Positions 46,011-61,709 of a stretch of 64,000 bases of DNA are shown one piece after another. The DNA is from the human T2T-CHM13v2.0 reference genome, Homo sapiens. Below the pieces are notes generated by a model. That model was given only the letters and a program-made list of their open reading frames with translations. It was not told the DNA's origin and did no database searches. A program made the position numbers and the translations under genes. Numbering within the stretch: the stretch's first letter is position 1; every line of letters starts with the position of its first letter. Location of the stretch: NCBI RefSeq assembly GCF_009914755.1, contig NC_060943.1; one strand, written 5' to 3'.

Positions 46011-49000
46011 CAACTCTCCTGACTTTTGAGGCCATCATATGCTTGCTTTTCTCTCTGTTTGCCACCTCTGTATGCAGCCTGAAGCAGTTTCCTTTTGCCT
46101 GGCTTTGAACCTTAAAGTCCGAGGATGGAGTATTGTTCGATGTTTTTGCCTCTTCTGTGTGGCGTCTTCTTTGATGCTCATCCACATGTAGCTGTAGTCA
46201 TTCATTCATTCATTCTCCCTATCATGTGCGGTGCCATGGAGCCTTCATTCACCACCTCCTGGGGACGAGCATTTGTCTTGTTTCTAGTCTCTTCTCGCGT
46301 GTGCTCCCTGCCCCATGGGCCTGCGTTATGCTGGAGTGTGTACCCAGGAGAGCTCTTGCTAGGTCAAGCGTGTGTCCCCACTTCCACTCGATGCTGCTAA
46401 GCTCCTGCCAAATGCCAGCAGCGTGGGAGAGCCACGGAATGTTTTCGAGAAGAGCAAAGTACAGAATATTGTGTGTCATGTGGCTGCCATTTCTCTTGTT
46501 TTTTTAAAAAGCAGGTAATCATGTGTGTACCCATACACACACGTAGGATCTCTCAGAAAGGAAAAGAAAAAACCTGAAAGTCTAGTAGCGGTTGCCTCCA
46601 GGGCTGAGCTGGGCCAGGGTGGAAGGAGGACATCCTGTCACAGTTTACCCTTTGGTGCCTTTTGTCTTTTGAACCGTGTGCCTGTATTACAAAGACAGAG
46701 AGAAGGAAAAGAAGGAAAAGGGGTAGATGAGTGTAAATGTGGTAAAGTGAGAATCACTGAGAATCGCCCAGTGCAGCTCCCTCTCCGTCCATTGGGGACC
46801 TCGTTTCCTGTGGCTGTCCAGAGCTGTCCAATCCCCACCCACTCCCCGCCAGAGCCCAAACCTGCCCGTCTGGTTTGCAGAGCTGCCCCACGTGGCTCCT
46901 CTGCGGGTGGTTACTCGACAAATGCCCCACCCCCCACCCCATGGGGAGGCAGTGGCCTGAGATCTGGGACTTCTGGATCTAGGCCCCTAGACCTGCCCTG
47001 CTGTGGTCCAGAGCCTGGCCCAGCCCCTCCTTGGACTTCCTCCTCACTGTGACAGGGGGTGGACAGAGGTGGAGATGGGAGTTCCAGGCCCTGAGAGCAA
47101 GCGCTGGCCTCCCAGCCCACGTTCTGTGTGTGGAGATAACATCTGCCCTCGAGGAGTTGGCTGCAGGGGCAGGGGTGTGCCAGAGCAGGGTAGTGGGAAG
47201 GACCCAGGTGCGTCTGTCTGCCGTGTGCCGGGGCGCTTGCTCACTGTTGTCCCTGGATTCACCATGGCCTGGGTGCCCATCCTGGGTCCGGGCACCCAGC
47301 AGCCTTGGTCCCTACCGCCTACCAGACTGGAGTCCCTGGTAGAGCCCCTCTAGGGTGTCAACTCCCGTGGGCAGGAAGTTTTGTGGAGTTTGTTCAGTGC
47401 TGAACTATCAGGGCCTCCCACAGGTGTGCCTGGTATGTGCCTGGAGCTCAGTGAATGAATGAGAGGCGGGCAAGCTGCAGACAGTGACAGCCTGGGTGCT
47501 CAGGGCTGGCATGGGGAGGTGCAGGGTGGAGTGCACAGGGCTGGAGCCCAGAGGATACCTGACCCAGCCTGGGGTGGCAGGGAGGGCTTCGTGGAGGAGC
47601 AGGTGCCTCAAGTGGGGCCGGAGGGTGAGAAGGGATGAACCAAGCAGCCCTCCGGAGGCCTCGAGGGGAACAGACAGTGTTCACAGGAGAAACAGTTACA
47701 CCTGCGAGCTCTGCCTCGGGCCAGCCTTTGCACTGGAGGTGGGATTTGAAGGGGAGGGAGGGGTGCTGTGGAGCATCTTTTTCTTCTGTTCCTGAACGGG
47801 GGTTCTGATCACATCAGCCTCATGCTTGGAGCAGCTGGTTAAGGGCACAGACACCGGGACAGACATCCAGCCTGGGAGTCCCAGCGCCTGACCTCCCCTC
47901 GGGCATCAAGTCACTCCGCCTCTCCGCGCCTCAGTTTCCTCCATGATGAAAGGGGCCTGCTGAAGGACCTGTCTCATTTAGGGCAGCAGTGAGGCAAAGC
48001 CCCGGAGCCCATGCCTGTGCCAAGAGCAGGGCCTGGCCCAGAATATGGCCTTGTCACGTTGAGCTGCCTTTTTTCAGCAGGGTTAGTTTCATCCTGGTGA
48101 GGCGGCGCCAGCATGGCGTTCCACCTTCTTGGCCTCCTCTCCCTCCTCCCTTTCCTGCCATCCACACCTCCCGGCCCTATTCTCACACCTCAGGATGGCG
48201 ATATGGGGGCTTCACCGTGGTCTCCCCTGACCTCGCCCCTCCCCCGGTCAGGCTAAGTCTCAGATTCCTCCTCATGGGTGAGGGGGGCAGAGTGGCCCCT
48301 TTCCTCCAGCCCATGCTGGGCACTTGCTAGAATCCCAGCCTTGGTCGGGGTGGAGGAGAAGCAAGTTCCAGCTCTCCAGTTCTGCCTCCATATCAGAGAG
48401 CCCACCCACCCCTCTCCCCAGGGCTCTATCCTGCACCTAGTGGCCCCTGTCACTCCCCAGCCACCCCCACGTACATACCCTGGTCCCTTGTTTCAAACCT
48501 GGCTGCCCCTTAGCCGCCTGGCCAGCCGCTTGCAGGTACTCAGCCTTGCTGTGTAGTCACCCCCTCCAGCCCCTGGCACCTAGCCTGGCATAGGGGGGTG
48601 AGGCGGGGTGTGCCTGTTGGTGGGAGGCTGACCCTGCTGAAGCAAAGGCTGTGGTTGGGGTCCCCGCCCAGCCCTGCCCTCTGTCCAGGCAGCTATGAGC
48701 CACGTGGCCCAGGCCCACCCACCCCAGCTCCAGGCCCAGCCCTGCCTCCCTCCCGCCCTCCGTGGGTGGAAGCCACAGCCGAGGCTCAACTCCTGGCCGC
48801 GTCACCACCGCTGCCCTGCAGGCTGGAGCATAGAGCCCAGGCAGCCCTCCTCGGTGGGTGCCCATGTTGAGGGCCTGGGGAGCCCTGGATCTACTCTGCT
48901 TTCCCAGCTGGAAGCCTGTCTGTCCACAGGCCCGCCCCATTGAGGGTGGCCCAGGAAGTGGGAAAGAGCGTGGTGGAGGTGAGCTGGCCAGGCCTCGGGA

Positions 49001-50128
49001 GGGGAGGGGGAGGGCTAGACTGGCTGCCAGGGAAGGAGGGTCTGCCCCTGGCCACTGGAGCCAGTGTGAGCATGTGCGAAGGCCACACCTTTCTTGGGGT
49101 TGGAGCGGGGTCACTGTGTTTCCATGTGTGCGAGATGGCAGGTGCCTGTCTGCTGGGGACTTGCAGGCATCTGAGCATAGGTCCCTGAGCCTCTCTGTGG
49201 GAGCACGCTCCTGGGGTCTGGCTTGCACGAGGGCAGAAGTTTCCGTGAGACTGTGCCTCACTCAGTCACTCTGGGTGACCCTGGAGTTGACTGGGTGTGC
49301 CTAGGTCCATGGAGGTCTCCTTGCCTACTGTGTGTGGTTTTGGGGTCGGGGGGGTGCCTCCTAGTGTAGCTTTGTATCTTGGGGGTTATTCCTAGGTGCG
49401 TGTGTGTCCTGGGGTGCAGTGCGGCTTTCCCTCGAAGTCATGGAGTGTCTGCGGCATTGTGTGTATACACACGTGTCCCTGTGTATCTATGTGTGGATCT
49501 CTTTGGGAGTCTCTGCATCTCTGGGTGCACGAGTCTTTGCAGTGTGTATGAAAGGGTCGCAGTCCACGGTCCATCCATGGCTCTTCTGGGGCCCATGTGC
49601 AGGCTGGCTGAGCCGCGGCCTTCCCATTTGCTGCGCATGTACTCTGAGCCAGGCTGGCTTTAAGAGCCGCTCCCCCACCTTCTCCCACTGAAGTCTCAGA
49701 AGCTCCCTCTGGGGCACGCTCTGCTGGTGCCCCATATTCTAGAGACATGAACGGAGGCTCTTGGTAAATGTCCTTTTCCCCTGCCCCACGGCAAGCAAGG
49801 CACTGACCCCTGGCCACCAGCCTCCTGAGCCCATGGTCCTGTACGGGCCGCCGCGAGGTGCTCAGGATGTTGTAGGGTTGAGGGTGGATTGCTGCTGTTG
49901 CCGGCTAGCCGGGAAGTTTTCTTTTTTTGGCCTAAGATAAATATTGGAGAAGAATGGCCCGGGAGCTTTCCATGTGACCAGTTCATGTGCCTGGAGGCCT
50001 GTGGTTTGTGTGGCTGGGTATGTATCTGCATGTCTGTGTGATGGTCTTAGGACTCGGCTCTATGTGGTGTCAGCTGCGGACATCTTGCATGCTCTGGCAT
50101 GTCCTCACATGCATCTGTGTCTAGGGAT

Positions 50129-50392
50129 CATGCATGTGTGTATGCATGTGTGTGAGTGTGCATGTATGTGAGCATGTATTTGTGAGCGTGTGTGTGAGCA
50201 TGCATGTGTGTGTGTGCATGTGTGTGCATGCATGTGAGCATTGTGTGAGTGCGTGCGTGCATGTGTGAGCGTGCGTGTGTGCACATGTGTGCATGTTTGT
50301 GAGTGTGCGTGTGTGTGAGCGTGCATGTATGTGCATGTGTGGGTGTGCGTGTGTGTGCATGTGTGTGCGCGCATGTGTGAGCATGCATGTGT
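50129..50392 (+). repeat. Complex (TG)n/(TGCA)n alternating purine-pyrimidine repeat
   Basis: Read directly; it produces the spurious His/Thr-rich ORFs on the minus strand. Confidence 0.95.
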
Positions 50393-51487
50393 TGCGGGAT
50401 GGCTTCGCTCGCCGCTGTGTGTTGGGTCTGTGAGGAGAGGCCGTGGTTGCTGCCTGGTGTATGTCCTGGCGTCTGTGCACGGCCTTGTGTGTTGCATGGC
50501 AGGGGAGGTAGACAGTGAGAGGGCTTGGGTGCTGGAGCCTGAGAGGGGCAGGGCCTCTTTCCTGCCACATCACCCCCTTCCCCCTGCCCAGCCTCAGGCG
50601 AGGAATAAATGACGTCTGCTCTGATTTCCCAGGCCGTATGGGCTCCCACACACTCTCTGTTGTGGTGTCCATCCCCACCCTGAGTACCTCTGGGGGGTGA
50701 AGGGCACCAGCAGTGCCCTTTGTGTCTGTGCCCTTTTGTGCTGGGCCAGATTCGGGGCAGGAGGGCTTGGCCCTGGCATCACTGGGGGCTCTGAGCGCCA
50801 GCCTGGGCCTAGCTGGGTAAAGGAAGCATCATCTCTTCGTTGAGCCACACTCTCTGCGCTGGGCAAGCCTGGGGACACAGAGATGGCCCCAGGCCCTGCC
50901 CTCCTGGGTCTCCCAGTCCAGTGGGAGAGGCAGACCTGTTATCAGACAATAACAGCCCATCAGGCTCCTCCCTCCCAACCCTGGAGAAGGTAAGACTAGC
51001 ATATTTGCTCGGCAGAAGGGACCATGCCCGGCATCCTCTGTAGTGTGTTTGTTCATTCATTCATTCATCATTCAGCAGCAAGAATGGCAGTAATGATAAC
51101 AGCAGCGAGCCTGCAGTGAGGCCCCACTCGGCACCAGTCACTGTTGTAAATGTTTTACATGTGTCGTCTTATTCGCTCGTCCAACATGCTCAGGAGGTAG
51201 GGACTATCACTACCCCCAGTTTGCAGATGAGGACACTGAGGCCCAGAGAGGTTGAGTCACTTGTCCAGGGGCACACAGCTTGGAGTAGTAGAGCCAGTAC
51301 CTGGGACTGGGCAGTCGGCTCTTAACCACCAGTACAGGCCTGCTGAGCCCCTGTACTGCGCCAGGCCTCTGCTGAGGACAAAGCAGTGGCTAGGAGAGAC
51401 AGGCCCTGTCCTCGTGGGGCTGCCCGTTCATTGCAGGAGACATACTAATTAAGGACTATAAGGACAAAGGTAAAATTACAGCTGTGA

Positions 51488-51855
<368 letters not shown>

Positions 51856-53743
51856 TGAAGGTTGAGGGGGCAGGGGGCTCTTCAGGACCCAGGCTAAGGG
51901 CACAGTCCATGCAGAGGCCTGGTGGCGGGGACGGCGCTATACCTGGAGGAACGAAGGAGAGCAGGGCTGCCCCCTCCACCCTCCACAGACGCTGCTGAAT
52001 CCAGGCCCCACTTCCAAAGGCGTCCCCCGCACTGGATCTGTGTCTTTATGGGCTTTTACCCATTGTGGGGGCTCATGGATTTCCAGAGGCACCCCCCATG
52101 TGATTTGGCTTTTGCCAGGATACGCTGCCACTTCCTGAGATTCCCAGCGTAGGCCATGTGGCTGGGTGGGCCCCCCTGCAGTGGGGAGGGCCTGGGCGTT
52201 CACAGTGGGGGTACCTTTTGTGGTGCTGGGACACACACCAGCTTACTTGCTGAACAGCCAGATTCAGTCTCTGAAGACCCATTTTCTCCCCAGGCGTCAA
52301 GGTCAGACTTCCAGGGAGTGAGTGTACGAGGCCCAGGGACTTGTGTCTGTCTCGGCCCCATCCCCGTGCCCTGCGCCTCCTCAGGGACCAGGCTCATTAC
52401 TTTGGTAATGGCATCACCCATTTGTTCCACAGATATGTCTCGAGCACCTACTGTGTTCCAGCCACTGCTCTAGATGCCGGCAAGAACCAGACAGACAGAC
52501 AGGTCCCTGCCCTCAGGGCACTGACATTCTGCTGGGGGCACTGCCAGTCAGTAGGTGTAGGATGCCAGGGGGTGGTAAGTGCCACAGAGACATAAAAAGC
52601 GAGGTGCACATTTTGTTCAGGGGTCAGGCAGCCTCTCGGAGGAGGTTTTATTTGCACTAAGACCTGAATATCAAGAAAGGCTGAGCAGTGCAGTTCTGGC
52701 TGAGGGAAGATAGGTGCAGAGGCCCGGAGGCTGGAACAGCTGTGATGAGTCCAAGACATACACGGAGGCAGCCAGCGCGGCTGGAGAGAAGCGAGGGGAG
52801 GAGATGAGGTTTGCGAGGTTGGCAGGGCCCTCCCAGTCAGGGCCGTGTTGAATCAGTGTTTGAGCCAAAGTGGGAAGCCCTGTAGAACTGTGTGTGTACA
52901 TTTGTGTAATGTCTTCAGATTCCCTTCTAACCACGGTGGCTTTTCTGGTCTTGGTCTGGTCATTGTCAGGGACATTGTCCCTTCCTGTTTTTGTCCCATA
53001 AACCTCCAAGGTCCTTTCTTTAGAGTGGAGGCCTTGGCTGGAGCCGGGACCACTGGGGAACAGGAGGCTGGGGGATGTTGACTTGCCTTCTCTGTGGGAC
53101 AGAGTGGCTGCTTTTGTGACCTGGCACTGGATAGCCCTGGGCAGTGAGTTCCCCTCTCGGCCTCAGTTTCCTGGTTTGGGGAACAGGAAGGAAGAGGACT
53201 CCCCACCCAGCACCCAGCACTGTTTAGAGGGCTCCGCGTGGCCTGGTCTGTGTGCCTGGCACAGCCTGGGCAAGTCCACAGCCACGAAGGGGAGCCCTTG
53301 TGAGTCCACGCCCTGCTGTAGGCACTGAAATGCAGCCATCATGAACCAAAACGCGGTCCCTGTCCATATGAGTCACTGACTTAGCGAGGAAGATGGCCAC
53401 AGACAGGCAAACAACTGTAATGTGTGAGGCAACGCTGAGGGCCCTGGAGGGAACGGACCTAGGCTGACTGCGCCAGGCTCCGCGCCAGGTGCTGGGGGTG
53501 CCACATGGAGCAAGACCAGGCCAAGCCCCTGCCTATGAGCTCACGCTGCAGCCCTCGGCCAGTCCTGCCACCTCCACCTTTACAGTGTGCCCAGAACCTG
53601 CTCATGCCGCCCCCTCTGCAGCCCCCACAAGGTCCTGCCCCCTTGATTTCCACTGGGCCATCACAGCCTCCTCCTCCCTGGTCCCCCTTTCCGTTCTGCC
53701 CCCACAGACTGTTCCCAGCCAGTGGGAGCCTGTGAACTCCTGA

Positions 53744-54732
<989 letters not shown>

Positions 54733-56115
54733 TCAGCTCCTTTCTGATTGCTGCGTTATTTTCTATGTCAGCATTTCTCACCCGACTTAGTAGATGTTTT
54801 TCTGATTTATCTCATACATTGACTGCCTCCTTCCTTCTAGAATGTGAGTGCTGCGAGGACAGGGATGTTTCTGACTGTTGGGTGCACTGCTATGGGCCCC
54901 AGGCCCAGCAGAGTCAGCCCTTGGTAGACATGGACGGGTGCGTGGGTCGATGCGTGGGTGGGTGTGATCGGGTCACTTGTGGGTGGAGTAGGTGTTTGCT
55001 AAGGCAGACTCTGGGGATGTGTCGGTCCCAAACCTGAGGACTCCTTGGAGGAATGAGGCTCAGTGTGGGAGGCCTGAAGAGAGATGTGGTTAGAGGAGGG
55101 TTGGGGGCCGTGCAGGATGGGGGCAAGAGCTAAGCCAAGGTTTGGAGGCAGGAATGGCTTGGGGGACTCAGGACAGCGAGGAGCCTGCTGTGCCGGGACG
55201 GGAAGCCAAACTCCCAGCGCCTCCACCATCAAAGCACATGCCAGAAGGTAGGAGGTAAACTGAGGCAGGGAGGGGCCCTCCCAGAGCTGGTAGGTGAAGA
55301 TTGTGGCAGGGTGGTGAGTGGGACCCAATGGTGGAAGGCTGAGTGCAGGCTGGAGGCAGTGAGCGGTCTGGGTCCCCTTCCTGATTCGAGTTTCATTTTG
55401 GTAATGATGAAAGGATGCCTGTGGTCCTGGCCACCTCCCCTGCTCTGCCCCTGGGCCCCTGTGTTCTGGGTGGGCCAGCCCCCTCCCTTCCAGGGGCAGC
55501 AGCTTTGATCAGAGCCTGGAGGGGGCGGGGCAGGAGGTAAGGGTTTTTGCACGCTCACGTCTGCTGACACTGACAGCTTTGTCGCACGGTGGATCTTGCT
55601 TTTCCATTTGGGCCAGTTAACCTTGTGGGGGAGAATGGGGGTGGTGGGACCCTTTTCCTCCCAGAAAAGGTCAGAGGATGCAGGGGGTGACTGGAAAATC
55701 TGAAGTGTCTGCTAGGCCAGGTCAACGCTGCCTGTCCCGCATGTTAAAGAATTCAAAAGATTTTTTAAAATTTGAAATAAACATTTTAGAGTAGGATACA
55801 AAATGCGCTTGCATTTCTGGGATCAAATACTGGACTTCAGAGGCATCTGTGCCCCGGCTGGGGCAGAAGGCTGCACCTTCCTGCTGCTCTGGGACTACTG
55901 CCCCCAGGTCCCAGCTGCTTATCTGAAAGATTTCCCGGGTGCTGCTGGGCCTTGTCCAAGGCCTCTGAGCAGGGGAATAATGCAGCGGACAGGGACGATC
56001 ATTCCACGGAGTCCCTACTGTGTGCTGCCCTGGGCTACGAGGGGGTAAGACAGAGGACAGTCCCTGCCCTGTGAAGCTGACACATTCTAAGGGAGAGGCA
56101 GATGCTAAAGAATTA

Positions 56116-56428
<313 letters not shown>

Positions 56429-57306
56429 TTATACACACACACACAAGCACGCCATATATGTGGTAAGAGCCCTGAGGAAAGATAAAGCAGAGACAGGTGT
56501 AGAGGGCGACAGGACAGGAGCAGGGCTTGTGAGCACAGGCGGGCCTGGGAAGTCAGGGAAGGTGGGAGATCAGTGAGAGGAGAGTTCCAGGTGGGGCACT
56601 CGCCCATGCAAAGGCCCTGAGGTGGAACCATGTCTAGGATTTGAGGAACAGCAGGGGGACCTGTGTGGCCAGGGCACAGTGAGTACAGGGGTGCTTGGGA
56701 GAAGAGGAGGGCAGCATGGTGATGGGCGCATCCTGTGGGGACTCTCAGGCCACGAGGAGGCATTTTGGGGGCCAGCAAAGGGTTTAAGGCTGTGAACTCT
56801 GGAGTGGGCAGGACTCTGGAATGGGCAGGACTCTGGCTTCCAGGCCCAGCTCTGCTCGGTGAGCTTAGTGAGAGATTTTACCTTTGTGAGTCTCTGTTTC
56901 CACAGCTGCAAAATGGGGCTCAGAATGGCCACTCCACCGTGGTTGAGGGCGCCTGCGAGCTCAGCGTCAGCGTCTGCTCTGGGCCATGGGTCCCTTGTGG
57001 TGGTGGCGATGGTGGTGGGAGTACCGAGCTGAGCCTCAGGCCACATTTGGTGGGAGGGGTTGGTTTTAAGCATCTTTCCTGCTGCACAGGCCCATGGGAA
57101 AGGCTGGTGTACAGCCATTGGGGAGGTGGGGGCCCCGGGGCCCACTTTGTGCTTCCTCCCACTACCCGTGGGGTCCAGGACAGGTCACACAGGAGGGAGG
57201 GACCCTCACTCAGCAGAGACTAGGCAGGAGAGGAAAGGCAAGGTCTGGGTGTAGACAGAAAGAATGGGAACGGAGGGAGAGGGGAGGCCAGGACCAGCCT
57301 TGAGAG

Positions 57307-57319
57307 GATGATGATGATG

Positions 57320-57368
<49 letters not shown>
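57307..57368 (+). repeat. (GAT)5(AAT)15 microsatellite
   Basis: Read directly; lies immediately 5' of an AluY-like element. Confidence 0.95.
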
Positions 57369-57784
<416 letters not shown>

Positions 57785-58331
57785 TCAGTGCCTTCCATAC
57801 ACAACCGCCCAGGTTCAAATCCTGGCTGCTTCTCATGTCTGCCTCTCACTGGCTGCTTCTCCTGTCCATGCCCTGGACAAGGGCCTTCCCTTCTCTGGGC
57901 CTCAGTTTTCCCATTCGTGAATTGGGATGAGGATGCTTGTGAGGATGGAACGGGATTAGACGCACAGCAGGGCCGGAACCCGCGAATCTCTGCAGACAGG
58001 CCTGGAGTCTGGTGTCCACTCTGCCACCCTAGCTGGGCCACCTGGGTTAATGAGGTCCCCCTCTGTGCCTTGTTTTCCCTGTCTGTAATCCGGGGCTTAT
58101 TAATGGCCCCTCCCTCCAGGATCATATGTGGGACTCCGGGTAAAGTGCCTGGAAGAGGGCTGGTATACAGTAGGTACTCAGTAAGTGCTGGCTGCTATTG
58201 GAATGGTGACCGGCACTTACTGAGCACTTACTGTGTGTGTGATTTGCCTTGGTTCTGATCCCAACCACTGTCTCTGGGCCAGGCCCTCCGTGCCCTCTGT
58301 TCTGCGTAATTCCTTATAAAAACTCCAGGAA

Positions 58332-58802
<471 letters not shown>

Positions 58803-60385
58803 CTAGGCAGCCTGACTGCCAAGCTTGGAGCTGGCCTGGGAGCCCAGCCCCCACCCTTCCCTCCCTGCACCTGGGCAAGCCCAGCCTTTCTGCCTAGCTC
58901 TTCTCCCTCTTCCCAGGCCTGGCACGGCCTCTGTGGCCCCCATGAGGTCAGGAGCATCTGTTGGGAAGGGAGCGCCTGCTGGGGAAGCCGGCAGGGCTTG
59001 GAGCTGCACAGGACGGCCCAGGGTGGGGTCCCTGCCTGGTCATTATAAACATGTTCAGTTCCTCTGTTTGTCCTGCCCTCTGTGCAGTGCCCAGAGGGAA
59101 GGGGTGGCCCCAGGCAAATATCCGGAGGCGTGCCCCTTGCCCCCTTCCCTTGGGGGTTTATGGGTGGGAGGGCAGGAGGCCAGGCGTCGGAGGACATCCC
59201 CCAGACCCCATGCTGCCAGCTGGGCCAGCCGCCCGCCCTCCAGGCTGCTCTTGCCCCGTCCCCAGGTGTCCCCCACCTCAGGGTCTGCCCCGCTGTCCGC
59301 CCTCCGGGCTTAGTGAGGGGTCACATGGCTGATCCTCTTCCCGTGGCTCTGGGAACTGCCTAGTGCCCCGCAGCGGGGAGGGAGCGGGATGGGGCGGGGC
59401 GACAGGTTCACGATGAAGAGGCCTGGGCTGGGCATGGGGCCAAAGGGGGTGGAGGGACATCTGGGAGGACGGAGAGGCCGGAGGACATGGGACGCAGATC
59501 TGGAATGACAGCAGGCAGAGTGGGCAAATGGGGACTGTTGGGGTATGTGGATGACCCTGGGAGCTGGGCCTAGAAAGCCATGAGAGAGTAGGTCAGGGCC
59601 ACCAGGGGTGGGCTGGGCTGGAAGGCCACGAGGGAGGGGTGGGCAGCACTCAGGGCGCCAGCATTGGGCTCAGAGAAGGGGCTGGGCAGAGACAAAGGAG
59701 GCCCCCCGTCCGCCCTCCATCCTGGGCCCCAGGGCAAGCAGGGAAACTGGGCCAACCCTGGGAGCCTTGGCCAGGCCCGGCTCTGACCACCCGCTGGCCT
59801 CTTGGGACCAGCTGAGACAGGTTGGCTGCCGGGCCCCCACCCCCCTCCCACGGGGCTCCCGCTGCCAAACCGGTTCCCCTGGCTGGCTCCCATGGATGGT
59901 CCTAGCTCTGGGCAGGGCCTCACCTTTCCCAGCTGCTCCCAGGAAGGCAGCCTGAGCCGGGAGGAGAAGTAGGTGTGGAGGGGCTACGTGCATCTGCGCG
60001 TCCTCTGTCCTCTCACTAGGGCTACAGGACTTGCTGTGCCACGCGCTGTGCCAGGCGCGGGGGAGCCAGCTGGGACAAGACAGAACAGAAACTCCACCTG
60101 CATGTCCCCTCGTCCCCTGGTCTCAACTCTTCCCCTCTTCCTGGAAGCCTTCCTGCTGCCCACCCCGCGTCCCTCCAGACTGGGTCCCGTGCTCCCGTCC
60201 CCCAGCCCTGACCACCCTGGGCAGCTGCTGCATGGGGACAGGTCTGTCTGCCCCACACGAATTTCCCATGAGGTCAAAGGCTGTCTGGGTCACTGCAGTG
60301 GCCACAGAGGAGGCCCATTGCTGAGTTATTCCCAAATGAATGAATGAATGAGTGAGTGAATGGATGCATTCCTCTCATTTTACAG

Positions 60386-60458
60386 ATGAGTAACCCGAAG
60401 CCCCTAGAGGAGTGGTCACCTGCCTGAGGGCACTTCTGTCCCACCAGCATCAGACCAG
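60386..60458 (+). other. PAK4: Candidate alternative 5'-UTR cassette exon of PAK4 (73 nt, MIR-derived)
   Basis: Acceptor CCTCTCATTTTACAG|ATGAG (MIR core sequence); donor CAG|GTGTGT at 60458/60459 with a duplicate donor 10 nt downstream. PAK4 is known to have 5'-UTR splice variants. Confidence 0.6.
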
Positions 60459-60780
60459 GTGTGTGCAGGTGTGTGCGACTCCAGGGCCCAGGCCCGGGGC
60501 AGCTGGGGTGGGGCCTTAGGGGGGAGCAGGACCTGGGCCCCTCCTCCCACAGGCACTGTGGGAGCCGCCCCAGCCATCACAGTGGTCCCCACCGATAGGC
60601 CCCCCATATTTGCCCAGCCCTGCACCAAGCTCTTTGCTCCCAGTCACCCATTACCCCTCGCAGCAGCCCTGTGGGGGTTCATCCACAGCACAGAGAGGTT
60701 GTCACCTGCCCAAGGTCACGGCAGCATGTGATGGAGAGTCGAACTCTGGCCTCTTGGCTCCCCCTCCCATCTTTCTCCAG

Positions 60781-60996
60781 GCTCTCTATGGGATGCCGCC
60801 ATCAGAATGTCTCTTCCTCAGCCCCTTTGTTTTTTAAAGTGGCTTTGGTCGACCATTTGCTCTGTGCTTGGTACTGTGTCAAGGGCCCGATTGAAGACCA
60901 CAGATCCTAAAGATAGGGGAGTGTCGCGACAAGGCTGCCTGGGGTGCCCTCTTAACCCAGGGGATCAGTAACCCTGTGCTGAGTCAATATCCAAAG
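60781..60996 (+). other. PAK4: Second candidate alternative 5'-UTR exon of PAK4 (216 nt)
   Basis: Strong acceptor CTCCCCCTCCCATCTTTCTCCAG ending at 60780; donor AAG|GTGTGT at 60996/60997. Confidence 0.4.
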
Positions 60997-61687
60997 GTGT
61001 GTGCGTCCCCAGCCCAGACTCATGGCTGGACCAGTGGCAGTGGCCAGGCCATCAGTGACCGTCCATCCAGTACACACCATGTACCAGGCATAGCAGGGGA
61101 TGTGGGGAAGCGGGGCAGACAAGACCCAGCCAGAATGTGGCACTGACACTCTAGCGGTGCGGTGTGGATGCTGCACTCATGAACCTAAGAAGGAACAACA
61201 AACAGGATTTCCATGAGTTCCGGGCTGTGACTGTGATGTAGAGCGGGGGGACGGCGGGACACGGGGCTCTTTGCCTTGGGGTGGTCAGGAAAGGAGTCAC
61301 TGCTGCTCTGAGAACTGAAGGAGGGGACGGGGAGCCCTGTGCAGACACTGGGAAGTGAGCTCCTGGCAGAGGGGCCAGCCCGTGCAAAGGCTCTGAGGTC
61401 TCCAGGGGGGGTGAGAACAGAGAGGTGATGGGGCCTTGTGGGCCCGCAGGAGACAGAGCGGCAGGAAAGTTCTGAGCAGAGGGACGTGACCGCTCGGGTG
61501 CTCACGGGTACCCTCTGGCTGTGTGTGCCACACAGATGGGCGCAGGGGGTGGGCAGGGAGACCCAGAAGGAGGCTACTGCCTCCTGTTGGTCCCGGTGTA
61601 AGATGAGGATGGGAGGGACAGAGCAGGGGCAGAGGAGGAAGAGACATGGGCAGGCTCTCACTCACCCACCGTGATTCCCTCCCGCAG

Positions 61688-61709
61688 GCCGCACCGAGTC
61701 CCCGGCACC
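61688..61709 (+). other. PAK4: Untranslated part of the PAK4 ATG-containing exon
   Basis: Acceptor TTCCCTCCCGCAG|G ending at 61687; 22 nt to the ATG in context GGCACCATGT. Confidence 0.9.

Noticed and set aside
48557-49304. 234-aa minus-strand and 148-aa plus-strand ORFs
   Set aside because: GC-rich, no domain or codon-bias signal that I can see.
50105-50678. His/Thr-rich metal-binding-like ORFs
   Set aside because: Translation of the (CA)n/(TGCA)n repeat in all three minus-strand frames.
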